DNA from: Bacteriovoracaceae bacterium
Lineage (GTDB): Bacteria > Bdellovibrionota > Bacteriovoracia > Bacteriovoracales > Bacteriovoracaceae
Direction: 5' to 3'
Length of the DNA stretch: 64,000 nucleotides
Assembly (NCBI GenBank): GCA_048270185.1
Contig: JBLWTJ010000001.1
Coordinates: 1,711,754-1,775,753 of the forward strand
Part shown: positions 27,325-39,227 of the stretch, in pieces
Layout: each line of letters opens with the position of its first letter
Position numbering within the stretch: position 1 is the stretch's first letter
The notes under the pieces: generated by a model
The model's input: the letters and a program-made list of their open reading frames with translations, nothing else
The model's database searches: none
Told to the model about the DNA's origin: nothing
Made by a program: the position numbers and the translations under genes

Positions 27325-28467
27325 TTAACTAAATAATTCTTTAACTTTATCAATGAAGCCATGACTCATTGGATGACATTGTTTACCTTCAAGCTTTGCA
27401 ATTTGCTCAAGTAATTCTTTGTGCTCTTTTGAAAGCTTTGTTGGAGTCTCAACATGAACAGTTAGAATTGCATCTCCAGTTCCATAGCCACCAAGCTTTT
27501 GAATACCTTTACCTTTAAGGCGCATCTTCTTACCTGACTGAGTTCCAGCAGGTAGATCCACAACGACTTTTCCATCAAGAGTTGGAACTTCAACCTCTGC
27601 ACCTAGAGCAGCTTGCGAGAAGCTGATTGGAACAGTGTAGAGAACATTAAAGCCTTCACGAGTGAAAATCTCATGCTCTTTAACATCAACAACAATGTAA
27701 AGGTCTCCATTTGGTCCACCTTGAGCACCAGCATCACCTTCACCAGAAAGCTTTAGACGCTGACCATGATCAATACCAGCAGGAATTGTCACCTCTAACT
27801 CAACTTGTTTCTTCTTACGTCCTTGCCCGTGACAAGTACCACAAGGATCTTTGATCATTGTTCCTGCACCATTACACTTTGGACATGTTGAAGCTACAGT
27901 AAAGAAGCCTTGCTGACGACGTACTTCTCCAGCTCCGTGACACATATCACAGTTAACTGCTTCCGATCCGGCCTTAGCTCCAGAACCATTACATGTTTCA
28001 CATGTTGTTTCTTTATTTATTGAAATCTTCTTCTTAGCTCCAAAAGCAGCTTCTTCAAATGTCACATTAACAGACATTTGTAGGTCATTTCCAGGAACAC
28101 CCGAACGACGACGTCCGCGACGGCCACGGCCTCCGCCGCCCATCATATCGCCAAAAATATCACCAAAGATATCGCCTAGGTCGCCGAAGTCACCAAATCC
28201 ACCTTGGAAGCCTCCGCCACCAAAGCCTCCACCTTGACCATTTACTCCAGCGTGACCAAATTGATCGTAACGCTGACGTTTACCATCATCTAATAAAACT
28301 TCCGCTGCTTCAGAAGCTTCTTTAAACTTAGCTTCTGCTTCAGCATTATCAGGGTTGCGGTCTGGGTGATACTTCATGGCCATCTTACGATAGGCTTTCT
28401 TAATCTCTGCCTTATCTGCGCCCTTGGCCACACCAAGAATGTCGTAATAATCTCTTTTATCACTCAT
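27325..28467 (-). CDS. dnaJ: Chaperone DnaJ
   Basis: J-domain HPD, G/F-rich region, four CxxCxGxG repeats. Confidence 0.98.
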   Translation of the reverse strand: MSDKRDYYDILGVAKGADKAEIKKAYRKMAMKYHPDRNPDNAEAEAKFKEASEAAEVLLDDGKRQRYDQFGHAGVNGQGGGFGGGGFQGGFGDFGDLGDIFGDIFGDMMGGGGRGRRGRRRSGVPGNDLQMSVNVTFEEAAFGAKKKISINKETTCETCNGSGAKAGSEAVNCDMCHGAGEVRRQQGFFTVASTCPKCNGAGTMIKDPCGTCHGQGRKKKQVELEVTIPAGIDHGQRLKLSGEGDAGAQGGPNGDLYIVVDVKEHEIFTREGFNVLYTVPISFSQAALGAEVEVPTLDGKVVVDLPAGTQSGKKMRLKGKGIQKLGGYGTGDAILTVHVETPTKLSKEHKELLEQIAKLEGKQCHPMSHGFIDKVKELFS

Positions 28468-28484
28468 AATTTTCTCTTCTTAAG

Positions 28485-28510
28485 AAAAAAGGGAGCACAC
28501 GGCTCCCCTT
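28485..28510 (-). terminator. Intrinsic terminator/attenuator between dnaK and dnaJ
   Basis: GGGAGC-N5-GCTCCC stem plus 6-U tract on the minus strand. Confidence 0.7.
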
Positions 28511-28528
28511 TAGCAATTTATCTTTTAA

Positions 28529-30442
28529 TTAAACTTCTTTGAAGTCTGCATCAACGACATCATCATCTTTCTTGTCGTTGCCAGCGTTTGCTCCAGCATT
28601 TGCTTCTGGACCTGCTTGAGCGCCTGCATCAGCACCTGGTTGTTGGTACATTTGTTGTGCAACTGCGTGTGAAGCATTTGTTAGAGTTTCTTGAGCAGCT
28701 TTAAGCTCATCAAGATTCTCAGAAGCTAGTTTTGCTTTCGCATCAGTGATAGCAGCTTCTAACTTAGACTTATCTTCGTCAGAAATTTTACCTTCACCGT
28801 CTTTGATCATTTTTTCACAGCTTAAGATTAGAGCATCAAGATTATTTCTTGTATCAACAACTTCACGTGCTTTCTTATCTGCTTCTTTATTTGCTTCAGC
28901 TTCTTGTACCATTCTTTCAATCTCTTCATCCGAAAGACCTGAACCAGCAGTGATCTTAATTTCTTGAGATTTACCAGTTGCCTTATCTACAGCTGAAACG
29001 TGAACGATACCGTTAGCATCAATGTCAAAAGTTACTTCGATTTGTGGAACACCTCTTGGCGCTGGTGCAATTCCGCTTAGGTCGAAACGCCCTAATGACT
29101 TATTATCTTTTGCGAATTCACGTTCACCTTGGCATACGTGAATTGTAACTGCTGGTTGGTTATCAACTGCAGTTGAGAAAGTTTGTGACTTCTTAGTTGG
29201 GATTGTTGTGTTCTTCTCAATAAGAGTTGTCATAACACCACCAAGAGTCTCAATACCAAGAGTTAGTGGAGTAACGTCTAGTAGAAGTACATCTTTAACG
29301 TCACCAGCTAGTACACCACCTTGAATAGCAGCACCTGCAGCTACAACTTCGTCAGGGTTAACACCTTTAGAAGCTTCTTTCCCAAAGATTTCTTTTACTC
29401 TTTCTTGAACAGCTGGGATACGAGTTGAACCACCTACAAGGATAACCTCATCGATTTCGCTCTTCTCAAGACCAGAATCTTCAAGACAAGTTAAACATGG
29501 TTTTGCAAGAGCAGTTAAGTGGTCAGCAATTAGAGACTCAAACTTCGCTCTTGAAAGATTTACGTTTAAGTGTTTTGGACCTGAAGCATCAGCAGTGATG
29601 AATGGAAGGTTAACATCTGTCGAGTTAACGTTCGATAGTTCGTGCTTAGCTTTTTCAGCAGCTTCTTTAAGTCTTTGAAGTGCCATTTGGTCTTTTCTTA
29701 AATCAATTCCTTCTTGCTTTTGAAATTCTTCAGCAAGGAAGTTGATAATATTTTCGTCGAAGTTTTCACCACCAAGGAAAGTGTCCCCGTTAGTTGCCTT
29801 TACTTCAAATACACCGTCTGAAGTGATCTCAAGAATTGAGATGTCGAAAGTACCACCACCAAGGTCAAATACTGCAATATTCTTATCTTGCTTAGACTCT
29901 AGTCCGTATGCAAGAGCAGCTGCTGTAGGCTCGTTGATAATTCTTTTTACTTCTAGCCCTGCAATTTTACCTGCATCTTTTGTTGCCTGTCTTTGAGAGT
30001 CATTGAAGTAAGCTGGTACTGTAATTACAGCTTCAGTAACAGTCTCACCTAGATAGTCTTCAGCAGCTTTTTTAAGTTTTTGAAGTACCTTTGCCGAGAT
30101 CTCTTGTGGAGCCATTTCGTTTCCATCAACTTTTACCCAAGCGTCACCATTCTTATTTGCAAAAATTTCAAATGGAGCTACATCAGCAAATTGCTTAGCT
30201 TCTGGTGTTGCAAACTTACGTCCAATAAGTCTTTTAATACCGTATAGAGTTTTTGATGGATTCGTTACTGCTTGTCTTTTTGCAACTTGTCCAACAAGTG
30301 TCTCACCATTATTTGCGAAACCAATAACAGATGGTGTTGTATTGTGTCCTTCTGCGTTTGGTACGATTTTGTATTTACCGTTTTCTAGTACGGCAACACA
30401 TGAGTTAGTTGTTCCTAAATCGATTCCAATAATTTTTCCCAT
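28529..30442 (-). CDS. dnaK: Chaperone DnaK
   Basis: [26 protein letters not shown]-terminal VVDADFKEV. Confidence 0.99.
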   Translation of the reverse strand: MGKIIGIDLGTTNSCVAVLENGKYKIVPNAEGHNTTPSVIGFANNGETLVGQVAKRQAVTNPSKTLYGIKRLIGRKFATPEAKQFADVAPFEIFANKNGDAWVKVDGNEMAPQEISAKVLQKLKKAAEDYLGETVTEAVITVPAYFNDSQRQATKDAGKIAGLEVKRIINEPTAAALAYGLESKQDKNIAVFDLGGGTFDISILEITSDGVFEVKATNGDTFLGGENFDENIINFLAEEFQKQEGIDLRKDQMALQRLKEAAEKAKHELSNVNSTDVNLPFITADASGPKHLNVNLSRAKFESLIADHLTALAKPCLTCLEDSGLEKSEIDEVILVGGSTRIPAVQERVKEIFGKEASKGVNPDEVVAAGAAIQGGVLAGDVKDVLLLDVTPLTLGIETLGGVMTTLIEKNTTIPTKKSQTFSTAVDNQPAVTIHVCQGEREFAKDNKSLGRFDLSGIAPAPRGVPQIEVTFDIDANGIVHVSAVDKATGKSQEIKITAGSGLSDEEIERMVQEAEANKEADKKAREVVDTRNNLDALILSCEKMIKDGEGKISDEDKSKLEAAITDAKAKLASENLDELKAAQETLTNASHAVAQQMYQQPGADAGAQAGPEANAGANAGNDKKDDDVVDADFKEV

Positions 30443-30466
30443 TAGTAATCTCCTTGTATATTTATC

Positions 30467-31030
30467 TTAGTTTTTAACTACTACTACTTTAGCTGCTCTA
30501 ATAACTCTTCCATTTAGAGAATAGCCATTTTGATATGTTTGTAGAATTTCCTGATCTTCTTTTCCTTCAGCTGGCATTTGGGCCATTGCTTCATGGAAGT
30601 GTGGATCGAAAACCTTTCCTTCAGTTTCAATTTTTTCAAGGCCATTTGATTTCAGACATTCTAAGAATTGTCCTCTAACCATATCTACACCTGTGAAGAT
30701 ATTTTTAACTTTTTCATCTTCATCATTTTCAATTGCTTGCAGAGTTCTTTCTAAATTATCAACAACATCCAAAAGTCCCATCATTACTTTCTCAGTTCCA
30801 AATTTAATTTGATCCTGAAGTTGCTTTTCATGACGTCTCTTTATGTTCTCCATTTCAGCAGCAACATAATAGAACTTATCTTTAAACTCTAAAAGCTCTT
30901 TCATATCCTCAGAGATTGCTTCAACATTATCTTCAGTATCTACACTAGATTCCTCAGAAGCTGTTTCATCAACCTTCGCTTCTGCACCTAGTTCTTTTTC
31001 ATTTTCTTCATTAACATGCGTTTCAGACAT
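30467..31030 (-). CDS. grpE: Nucleotide exchange factor GrpE
   Basis: AEMENIKRR, FDPHFHEA, GYSLNGRVIRAAKVVV. Confidence 0.97.
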   Translation of the reverse strand: MSETHVNEENEKELGAEAKVDETASEESSVDTEDNVEAISEDMKELLEFKDKFYYVAAEMENIKRRHEKQLQDQIKFGTEKVMMGLLDVVDNLERTLQAIENDEDEKVKNIFTGVDMVRGQFLECLKSNGLEKIETEGKVFDPHFHEAMAQMPAEGKEDQEILQTYQNGYSLNGRVIRAAKVVVVKN

Positions 31031-31065
31031 TTTCAGTTACCTCTTTAAATTTATCTCTAATCTAA

Positions 31066-31092
31066 AGATGGTAGTACTAGGCCCTGTGTCAA
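31066..31092 (-). promoter_or_regulatory. Possible heat-shock (sigma32-like) promoter of grpE-dnaK-dnaJ
   Basis: TTGACA-N13-TACCATCT resembles CTTGAA-N13-17-CCCCATnT. Confidence 0.35.
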
Positions 31093-31138
31093 TGTTGTGA
31101 CATGGTTTTTTTTTGATTAAACGTATAAGGCACTGAAA

Positions 31139-32239
31139 TTACTTAGATATTTTAAAGATTTCATCAATAATTGAGTCTAATATTAGATAGCCGCGAGACG
31201 TCAAACGAAAGTGATCATGTCCAAGAATGGCCTGGCCACGGGATTTTAAATCATTTGCAAGGGCTGTTAGGTCTCCCCAATATGGATCATTTAGGGCAAA
31301 GCCAACACTCGAGCGAAGATTCATATAGAGCTTCTCAATTTGAAATTCTTCATCATTGAGTTTCTCTTCAATAAAGCCTGCTTCCTTTGTCTTCCACTTG
31401 TAACGGAAGCGAGTATTTGAGAGGAAGCCTGTAGCTGAAGGCCCTAAGGCCGCAACAGATTTCATTTTCCAATAATTGAGATTATGAACCGAAGCCTTAG
31501 ATCTCTTGGCAAAATTAGAAACTTCATAATGTTCAAAACCATTTACAGCAAGGAAGTCTGCGACTTTCATATATTCGTCACTTATCCACTCTTCACTTGG
31601 AAGTTTGTCAAAGTGCTTATAGTGCTTGGGCACAGTTAGAATATAAAGACTAATATGACTTGGTCCGTAGGTTAAAATTTCTGTCAACTCGGCGATTATA
31701 TCGCGATTATATTCCTCAGAAAATGGTAGTCCTATCATGAAGTCCACAGAGAAATTAGAGTTGATTTCTTTGAAATATTTTAACGTTGTATGGACATCAT
31801 CAACGTTATGGACACGGTCAATAATTTTTAAGAAGTTTGGGTTGATCGACTGAACCCCCAGAGAGTAGCGGTTTACTCCAGAGGTCTGCCAGCGATCAAG
31901 ACCTTCTTTTGTCCAGGCCCCAGGGTTTACTTCTAATGTAAACTCGCAATGAGAAGCTAAAGAAATACTATTTTCATCAAGCCAGTCTGAGAGAAATTCG
32001 GCTCCCCTCGCCCCCCATAAACTTGGTGTTCCACCTCCGATATAGAGGCTTTCGAGCTCTTTCATTTCACAATGATTCGAACTTAATACCGCATTATGTT
32101 TGTCTGCCATTTGTTTAAATAAATCTTCAAAACTTGAAAGTTCACTATCATCTTTTTTAATAGATTTATAGAAATCACAATAATTGCAAAGATGGCGGCA
32201 AAACGGAAAGTGAATGTATAACGACTTTATTTCTTCCAT
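31139..32239 (-). CDS. hemW: Radical SAM heme chaperone HemW (HemN-like)
   Basis: LYIHFPFCRHLCNYCDF, IGGGTPS, HYEVSNFA, HNLNYW; upstream of grpE. Confidence 0.88.
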   Translation of the reverse strand: MEEIKSLYIHFPFCRHLCNYCDFYKSIKKDDSELSSFEDLFKQMADKHNAVLSSNHCEMKELESLYIGGGTPSLWGARGAEFLSDWLDENSISLASHCEFTLEVNPGAWTKEGLDRWQTSGVNRYSLGVQSINPNFLKIIDRVHNVDDVHTTLKYFKEINSNFSVDFMIGLPFSEEYNRDIIAELTEILTYGPSHISLYILTVPKHYKHFDKLPSEEWISDEYMKVADFLAVNGFEHYEVSNFAKRSKASVHNLNYWKMKSVAALGPSATGFLSNTRFRYKWKTKEAGFIEEKLNDEEFQIEKLYMNLRSSVGFALNDPYWGDLTALANDLKSRGQAILGHDHFRLTSRGYLILDSIIDEIFKISK

Positions 32240-32299
32240 ATTAATTTCTTCAAACCCAGACTATAATAAACTGATACCTAAAATTAAAAGGCTATGTAA

Positions 32300-34885
32300 A
32301 TGAAATACGAAATAGAAAAGTTAAATAATGGTTTAGAAGTTATATTTGTGGACGTTCCAGGAAATACAAGTGCATCCGTACAAATTTGGTTTCGTGCAGG
32401 TTCAACTCTTGAAGATAAGAGTAATTATGGGATAGCTCACTTTTTAGAGCATATGTTCTTTAAGGGAACAAAGAAGAGGCCAGGAGCAATGATTGCTCAC
32501 GATGTTGAATCATTTGGAGGAGAAATTAATGCCTTCACTTCATTTGATTACACTTGTTACTATATTAATTCACCAATTGCTTATTTTAATACTTCAATAG
32601 ATATTATTATGGATATGGTTTCAAATCCGATGTTCAAGCAAGAAGATCTTATTCCAGAAAGAGAAGTTGTGTTTGAAGAATATAGAAGAAGCCAAGATAA
32701 CCCTGGTCAATTTTCTTTCCAAAGAATTCAAGAGATGGCCTTTAAAGGTGGATATGCTCACCCTATACTCGGTAACGAAAAAACGATTAAGAATTTCACA
32801 CGTGAACAATTAAATGACTTTCGGAATAATCACTACAATAATGCCAACGCATTCCTCGTTGTTGCGGGAGATATGAAGGATAAGGCAAAATATATAAAAA
32901 CGATTGGAGGCTATAAGCTTCCAAAAGGAAACCTATCAGAAAGACCTGCTTTCTCACTTCAAAAGAAATCAACAATTGAAATTCACAAAAAAGATGTAAG
33001 AATGTGCCAACTAACAATGGCCATCGAATGCCCTCCCATGAAGTCTCTAGGCGCGGCCAGTGAAGACCTTGCTTACAATGCTCTAGGGTATGGTGAAACA
33101 TCACCACTTTATAAAAATCTTGTTCTAAATAATACACTTGCAAATAACTGTACTTCTTCATCAATGTTCTTTGCTGATGGTGGTATCCACTTTTTAAGAA
33201 TTAATTTTCCAAAAGAAAATTACGCAAAAGTTATGGGTGAACTTGAGAAAACTATCTCAGAAGTTACTAATGTGGGACTTAAAGAAAGCGATATTAAAAA
33301 AATTAAAAACCAATATGTTGCTGCAAAAATATATGAAAAAGAATCTCTTGAATCTTATGCATTCTCACTTGGAAGCAGTTATGCTGGAGCAAAAGATCTC
33401 GAAGTAGAACAAGAGTTTATTAATAAGATCAAAAAAACAAGTCTTAAAGAAGTAAATAATAAGTATTCTGATATTTTTGGACGCTCAATTCATTTAAGTC
33501 TTCAGCTTCCAAACAATTTAAAACCTAATGATTTTAAACCAAGACTCGTTGAATTTAAAAACAAATTACAAAAGCTAAAATCAAAACAAAAAGAAAAACA
33601 AGTTAAAGCGATAAAGTCAAAATATGATCCAGCAACTCAAATGGTTGAGATCAAACCTGGAATCAATCTTCTATATCGTTACAATGCCATTACGCCAACA
33701 TTTGTTATGCACGCCTATATTAAAGGTGGACTCGCTGATGAAACCTTGAAAAATAATGGACTATATAGTCTTATGAGTTCGCAACTAACAAAAGGTTATA
33801 AAGGGCTAACGTATGAAAAGTTAAAACTCGATCTCGACAATAAGTCGACAATGTTTAATAGCTTTTCAGGAAAGAATGCTTACGGAATAACAATGCACGG
33901 ACAGAGTGAGTATTTCTCTGATCTTTCAAAGCATTTCTTCAAATCGTTAATGAATCCAACATTCGTCGCAAAGCATATTAATCATGAAAAGAAACTTATG
34001 CTTAGAACAATAGAGGCCAACAAATCAGACCCAACGAGACATTGTTTCTATGAAGCAACTAATTTACTTTTTAAAGGACATCCATATGCCCTTTCGACAA
34101 TAGGAACTGAAAAGACCATTAAATCTCTAAAACGAGATGAGCTAATGAAGGTTCACGATAAGAATATTAAATCGAAAGAAATGCTCATTACATTCTGCGG
34201 AGATCTAAGTCTTGACGAGGTAAAGTCAAAAATTGACTTCTACTTTGAAAATTCTAAACCAAGAAAGAGTAAAGCTAAAGCAATCAAGAAAGTTGCTAAA
34301 ATGAAAACTGAAAATAAACATATTGAGTTTGATCGTGAACAAACACAGATTCTCATAGCCACTCAGACACAAAAGCTAACAGCAAAAGAGAATGTTGTTT
34401 TTAAGATGCTAACGACTCACCTATCAGGTCAGTCTTCAGAGTTATTTGTTGATGTACGAGATCGAAAAGGTCTATGCTACGTGGCCCAACCAATTCATAT
34501 GAATGCTCTTGAAGCTGGTTATTGGGGGATCTACATGGCAAGTGGTCATGATAAAACAACCGATGCCATCAATGCGATTAACTCAATCTTGGCCAAACTA
34601 CAAAAAGATGGCCTATCGAAAAAAGACTTCGAAAGAATCAAAATGATGATCGATGGACAAAACCAACTAAACCTACAAGTAAATGACGACTACGCTAATG
34701 TATATTCTGTGCCAGCACTTCATGGGCTAGGTATTGATTACTTTTACAAGGCCAATAATGAAATAAGAAATTTCAAACATGAAGACTTTCAAAGAATCAT
34801 TAAAAAGCTCCTGAAACAGAACTGGATTACAATTACAGTTGGAAAGAATATTCAAGAAGATATTGTCTCTACGACACCTCTTTAG
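32300..34885 (+). CDS. M16 family zinc metallopeptidase (two fused halves)
   Basis: GIAHFLEHMFFKG HxxEH, NAFTSFDYT; second half lacks the motif. Confidence 0.92.
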   Translation: MKYEIEKLNNGLEVIFVDVPGNTSASVQIWFRAGSTLEDKSNYGIAHFLEHMFFKGTKKRPGAMIAHDVESFGGEINAFTSFDYTCYYINSPIAYFNTSIDIIMDMVSNPMFKQEDLIPEREVVFEEYRRSQDNPGQFSFQRIQEMAFKGGYAHPILGNEKTIKNFTREQLNDFRNNHYNNANAFLVVAGDMKDKAKYIKTIGGYKLPKGNLSERPAFSLQKKSTIEIHKKDVRMCQLTMAIECPPMKSLGAASEDLAYNALGYGETSPLYKNLVLNNTLANNCTSSSMFFADGGIHFLRINFPKENYAKVMGELEKTISEVTNVGLKESDIKKIKNQYVAAKIYEKESLESYAFSLGSSYAGAKDLEVEQEFINKIKKTSLKEVNNKYSDIFGRSIHLSLQLPNNLKPNDFKPRLVEFKNKLQKLKSKQKEKQVKAIKSKYDPATQMVEIKPGINLLYRYNAITPTFVMHAYIKGGLADETLKNNGLYSLMSSQLTKGYKGLTYEKLKLDLDNKSTMFNSFSGKNAYGITMHGQSEYFSDLSKHFFKSLMNPTFVAKHINHEKKLMLRTIEANKSDPTRHCFYEATNLLFKGHPYALSTIGTEKTIKSLKRDELMKVHDKNIKSKEMLITFCGDLSLDEVKSKIDFYFENSKPRKSKAKAIKKVAKMKTENKHIEFDREQTQILIATQTQKLTAKENVVFKMLTTHLSGQSSELFVDVRDRKGLCYVAQPIHMNALEAGYWGIYMASGHDKTTDAINAINSILAKLQKDGLSKKDFERIKMMIDGQNQLNLQVNDDYANVYSVPALHGLGIDYFYKANNEIRNFKHEDFQRIIKKLLKQNWITITVGKNIQEDIVSTTPL

Positions 34886-35399
34886 TGAAGAGCAGAAACT
34901 GCTCTTCATTTAAGTTGCGATCACTTTGCAGTAGGCTCATCATATTTGTTATCTCATGAAACTGTTTTGAGATTAAATTAAAGAATCCTTCAAAGTCATA
35001 AAAAGTTCTCTGATAACTATCGAGCTTACTGTAGGCCGTTCGACCAACTTCGCAATAGTAATTGATATCAATAATCTTTTCATTTATTGAGTTTGAGAAA
35101 TATCCACATAGAAAAAGGGCCGTGTCACCAATATCTTTCAACTCACGTCTCTTCTCGGCTTCACTTAAATTCTCACATTTTAAAAGCTTTATCCCAAGAG
35201 TCTTCTCTCGAATCCTCCCATCATCTTGCTTTTCAAAATAATGTTGTGATAATCCAAAACGATCCATAACCAGTGATGAATAAAATAGTGATAGTTTTGG
35301 CAGTGGAGCTTGACGACGCTCATTAATGCGCAGCAGCTCGTCAAAGAAATATGCCTGTAGTGAGGCCTCAAGAGATATCGTTAGATTTGTCTTCGTCAA
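34869..35399 (-). CDS. Hypothetical protein
   Basis: 176 aa, GGAGG SD, LKDIGDTALFLCGYFS helical motif. Confidence 0.7.
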   Translation of the reverse strand: MTKTNLTISLEASLQAYFFDELLRINERRQAPLPKLSLFYSSLVMDRFGLSQHYFEKQDDGRIREKTLGIKLLKCENLSEAEKRRELKDIGDTALFLCGYFSNSINEKIIDINYYCEVGRTAYSKLDSYQRTFYDFEGFFNLISKQFHEITNMMSLLQSDRNLNEEQFLLFTKEVS

Positions 35400-35466
35400 A
35401 ATCCCCTCCTGTTAATTAAATTATAACTTAATTGAATGACGCAAAACAATAACGAAACAAATTCCT

Positions 35467-36138
35467 ATGTTTTTATGGTATAAAAATCACATGAAAATTT
35501 CAGGTAATACACTCAATAATTTCAGTATCTTAAATGATGAGACCATCGAAGAAATCGTAGGTTACGCAAGTTCTTATAATTTCATTTTCTTTGATATGGA
35601 CGGAACTATTTTAAATAGTGAACCCCTTCACTATCAGATCATCAAAGGCTACTGCACAAGGGGAGAGGCCCCTACAATGGAAGATATTTACGGAATTGCC
35701 GATGAAAATGTCTTTCCACTTATTAGCCAAGTCTGTGAGCTTTCTTCAAAAGAAGAATATATAACTCGTAAAAACGAGGACTTAGTTGAGTTAATTGGCC
35801 AGTCTGATCCAAATATTATAAGACATAAAAATATTCAAAAATTACTGAATCGCCTAAAGCAAGAGGGTAAGAAACTAGCACTAGTGACGGCCAGTCAGTA
35901 TGAAGTTACCCACCCACTACTTAAACAATGTGAGCTTGATTCATATTTTGAAATTATTATAACAGAAAGAGAAGTCGAAAAATCGAAACCCGATCCTGCG
36001 CCATATTTACTTGCGCAGAGTTTTTTTAAAGCGAATACTTCTGAGTGCTTAATTTTTGAAGACTCACCAACTGGAGTACAAGCAGCAAAGAATGCGGGAA
36101 TCGACCACTTTATCGTAAAGTGGTTTGAAGGAGAATAA
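35467..36138 (+). CDS. HAD-family phosphatase
   Basis: FDMDGT, VTAS, KPDP, FEDSPTG. Confidence 0.9.
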   Translation: MFLWYKNHMKISGNTLNNFSILNDETIEEIVGYASSYNFIFFDMDGTILNSEPLHYQIIKGYCTRGEAPTMEDIYGIADENVFPLISQVCELSSKEEYITRKNEDLVELIGQSDPNIIRHKNIQKLLNRLKQEGKKLALVTASQYEVTHPLLKQCELDSYFEIIITEREVEKSKPDPAPYLLAQSFFKANTSECLIFEDSPTGVQAAKNAGIDHFIVKWFEGE

Positions 36139-38268
36139 ATGTCAGAGTCAAATTTAGATGCTTGGAAAGAATTAGCAGATAAAGAAACTAAAGGTAAAGG
36201 CCCAAAAATAACTCAAACTCCAGAAGGAATTGACTTAAAGGCCCTCTACACTAAAGAAGATATTAAAAATCTTAAGTACACTGATACCATGCCAGGTATG
36301 GATCCATTTATCAGAGGTCCACGTGCCACAATGTATACGGGACGTCCTTGGACGATTCGTCAGTATGCAGGTTTTTCAACAGCAAAAGAGTCAAATGACT
36401 TCTACAAGAAAGCACTCGCGGCAGGAGGACAAGGTGTTTCTGTTGCTTTCGACCTTGCGACTCACAGAGGATACGACTCAGATCACCCTCGTGTAAAAGG
36501 AGATGTTGGAAAAGCAGGTGTTGCCATCGATACAGTTGAAGATATGAAAGTTCTATTCGACGGAATACCTCTTGATAAAGTTTCAGTTTCAATGACAATG
36601 AATGGTGCTGTTCTTCCTGTACTTGCAGGTTATATTGTTGCAGCAAAAGAGCAAGGTGTATCACTTGATAAACTTTCAGGAACAATTCAAAATGATATTC
36701 TAAAAGAATTCATGGTTAGAAATACTTATATCTTCCCTCCTGCACCATCCATGAAAGTAATTGCAGATATCTTTGAATACACTTCAAAGAATATGCCTAA
36801 ATTTAATTCGATCTCAATATCTGGATACCACATTCAAGAGGCTGGTGCAGATGCTGCACTTGAGTTAGCCTATACTCTTGCTGATGGTAAAGAATATATT
36901 GATACGGCCATTAAAGCAGGAATGGAAATTGATCAATTCGCTCCAAGGCTTTCGTTCTTCTTTGGTATTGGTATGAATTTCTATATGGAGATTGCAAAGC
37001 TTCGTGCCGCAAGACTTCTATGGTCTGAAATTGTATCAAAATATAATCCAAAAAATATTAAATCAAAAATGCTTCGAACACACTGCCAGACATCTGGTTG
37101 GTCACTGACAGAACAAGATCCATATAACAACATTATTCGTACGACAATTGAAGCAATGGCGGCAGTATTTGGTGGAACTCAATCACTTCACACTAATTCT
37201 TTTGATGAGGCCATCGCTCTTCCAACAGAATTCTCAGCACGTATTGCAAGAAACACACAAATTATCCTCCAGGAAGAAACAGGTATTACAAATACAGTTG
37301 ATCCATGGGGTGGTTCTTATATGATGGAAAGTCTGACACAAGAGATCGCAGATAAGGCCAGAAAACTTATCAATGAAATTGATGAAGCCGGCGGAATGGC
37401 TAAGGCCATTGAAACAGGTCTCCCAAAACTTAAGATCGAAGAAGCAGCGGCACTGAAACAAGCAAGAATCGATCGTGGAGAAGACGTCATCGTTGGTGTT
37501 AACAAGTACAAACCAACAAAAGAAGATCATGTTGAAGTTCTTGAAATCGACAACGTTCAAGTACTAAAAGAACAAATTGAAAGACTTGAGCAAATCCGTG
37601 AAACACGCGACGAGAAAAAAGTAAGCGAGTGCATGGCCGCTCTAGAATACTATGCTAAAACGGGTAATGGAAACGGACTTGAACTTGCTGTTGAAGCGAT
37701 GGAAGCTCGTTGTTCAGTTGGAGAAATCTCTTACGCTCTAGAAAAAGAATGGGGGCGCTACAACGCTAACTCAAAAACTGTCTCTGGTGTATACGGAAAA
37801 TCGTTTGAAAGTGATGAGGAATGGATGAGTATCAAAAGTGAAATTGATCAATTTGAAAAAGACTATGGACGTCGTCCAAGAATCTTAGTTGCAAAAATGG
37901 GACAGGATGGTCACGACCGTGGAGCAAAGGTTGTTGCAACAGCTTATGCCGATGTTGGTTTTGACGTTGACCTCTCTCCTTTATTTTCAACTCCAGAAGA
38001 AGTTGCAAAACAAGCTGTTGAAAACGATGTTCATGTAATTGGAGCCTCTTCACTTGCAGCAGGTCACAAGACATTAATTCCAGAACTAATTGCAGAGCTT
38101 AAAAAACTTGATGCTGAAGATATTATCGTAGTTGCTGGTGGTGTTATTCCTCGTAAAGATTATGACTTCTTATATGAGTCAGGAGTTAAGGGAATTTACG
38201 GACCAGGAACAACAATTGCAGAAGCAGCTAAAGATGTTATTACAAAAATAAAAGAGGCCCAAAAGTAA
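36139..38268 (+). CDS. scpA: Methylmalonyl-CoA mutase (B12-dependent)
   Basis: [32 protein letters not shown]12-binding motif. Confidence 0.97.
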   Translation: MSESNLDAWKELADKETKGKGPKITQTPEGIDLKALYTKEDIKNLKYTDTMPGMDPFIRGPRATMYTGRPWTIRQYAGFSTAKESNDFYKKALAAGGQGVSVAFDLATHRGYDSDHPRVKGDVGKAGVAIDTVEDMKVLFDGIPLDKVSVSMTMNGAVLPVLAGYIVAAKEQGVSLDKLSGTIQNDILKEFMVRNTYIFPPAPSMKVIADIFEYTSKNMPKFNSISISGYHIQEAGADAALELAYTLADGKEYIDTAIKAGMEIDQFAPRLSFFFGIGMNFYMEIAKLRAARLLWSEIVSKYNPKNIKSKMLRTHCQTSGWSLTEQDPYNNIIRTTIEAMAAVFGGTQSLHTNSFDEAIALPTEFSARIARNTQIILQEETGITNTVDPWGGSYMMESLTQEIADKARKLINEIDEAGGMAKAIETGLPKLKIEEAAALKQARIDRGEDVIVGVNKYKPTKEDHVEVLEIDNVQVLKEQIERLEQIRETRDEKKVSECMAALEYYAKTGNGNGLELAVEAMEARCSVGEISYALEKEWGRYNANSKTVSGVYGKSFESDEEWMSIKSEIDQFEKDYGRRPRILVAKMGQDGHDRGAKVVATAYADVGFDVDLSPLFSTPEEVAKQAVENDVHVIGASSLAAGHKTLIPELIAELKKLDAEDIIVVAGGVIPRKDYDFLYESGVKGIYGPGTTIAEAAKDVITKIKEAQK

Positions 38269-39227
38269 TGCAATTTGACCTAGAGAAACTTAAGCAAGGA
38301 AATATAAGGGCGCTTTCAAAGTTTATAACTTTGATAGAGAGCAAGAAAGCTGAACATCAAGCTGAAGCTCAAGACCTGCTTAATATTGTTTTACCTCTAA
38401 CAGGTAAGGCCATGAGAATTGGTATTTCAGGAACACCAGGTGTCGGGAAATCAACTTTCATTGAAGCTCTAGGTCTCTACCTAATAAAAAAAGGACTTAA
38501 AGTAGCAGTCCTTGCCATCGATCCTAGTTCCCCTCTTAGTGGTGGAAGTCTTCTTGGAGACAAGACACGTATGGAGAAGCTGGCCCAAGAAAAGAATGCT
38601 TTCATTAGGCCTACCCCTTCCTCTGGAAACCTTGGTGGTGTCGCACTTAAAACAAGAGAAGTTATGCTAGCATGTGAAGCCGCTGGCTTTGATGTTGTCC
38701 TCATCGAAACAGTCGGTGTTGGACAGTCGGAATACGAAGTGGCCAATATTGTTGACCTCTTCTCTGTTCTACTACTCCCGGGAAGTGGAGACGAGTTACA
38801 AGGAATAAAGAAAGGCATCATCGAGCTATGTGACAATATTGTCATCAACAAAGCCGATGGAGATAATAAGCAGAAGGCCCACGATACAATGGTACAATAT
38901 AAGTCGGCCCTTGGAGTTATCAAGACAGATCAGAAAATTGGTGCAGAAGTTATAATGTCATCAGCTTTAAATAATTCTGGTATCGAAGAGTATTGGAATA
39001 TGATTGAAGCAACTTATAAAGGTAATAAAGATAAGATTCAAGAAAAGCGAAAGAAACAAAACCTCGATTGGCTTAAGAAGTTATTTCAGGAACTATTAAA
39101 TAATAAAATAAGCCAATCACCAGAACTACAAAAACAATGGGATGAGCTTAATCAAAATATTCTAAATGAGACTCAAACTCCTTTAAGTGGAGCTAAGAAG
39201 TTGATTAATATTCTATTTAAGAATTAA
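38268..39227 (+). CDS. meaB: Methylmalonyl-CoA mutase-associated GTPase
   Basis: GTPGVGKST, DPSS, GDKTRM, ETVGVGQSE, NKAD. Confidence 0.95.
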   Translation: MQFDLEKLKQGNIRALSKFITLIESKKAEHQAEAQDLLNIVLPLTGKAMRIGISGTPGVGKSTFIEALGLYLIKKGLKVAVLAIDPSSPLSGGSLLGDKTRMEKLAQEKNAFIRPTPSSGNLGGVALKTREVMLACEAAGFDVVLIETVGVGQSEYEVANIVDLFSVLLLPGSGDELQGIKKGIIELCDNIVINKADGDNKQKAHDTMVQYKSALGVIKTDQKIGAEVIMSSALNNSGIEEYWNMIEATYKGNKDKIQEKRKKQNLDWLKKLFQELLNNKISQSPELQKQWDELNQNILNETQTPLSGAKKLINILFKN

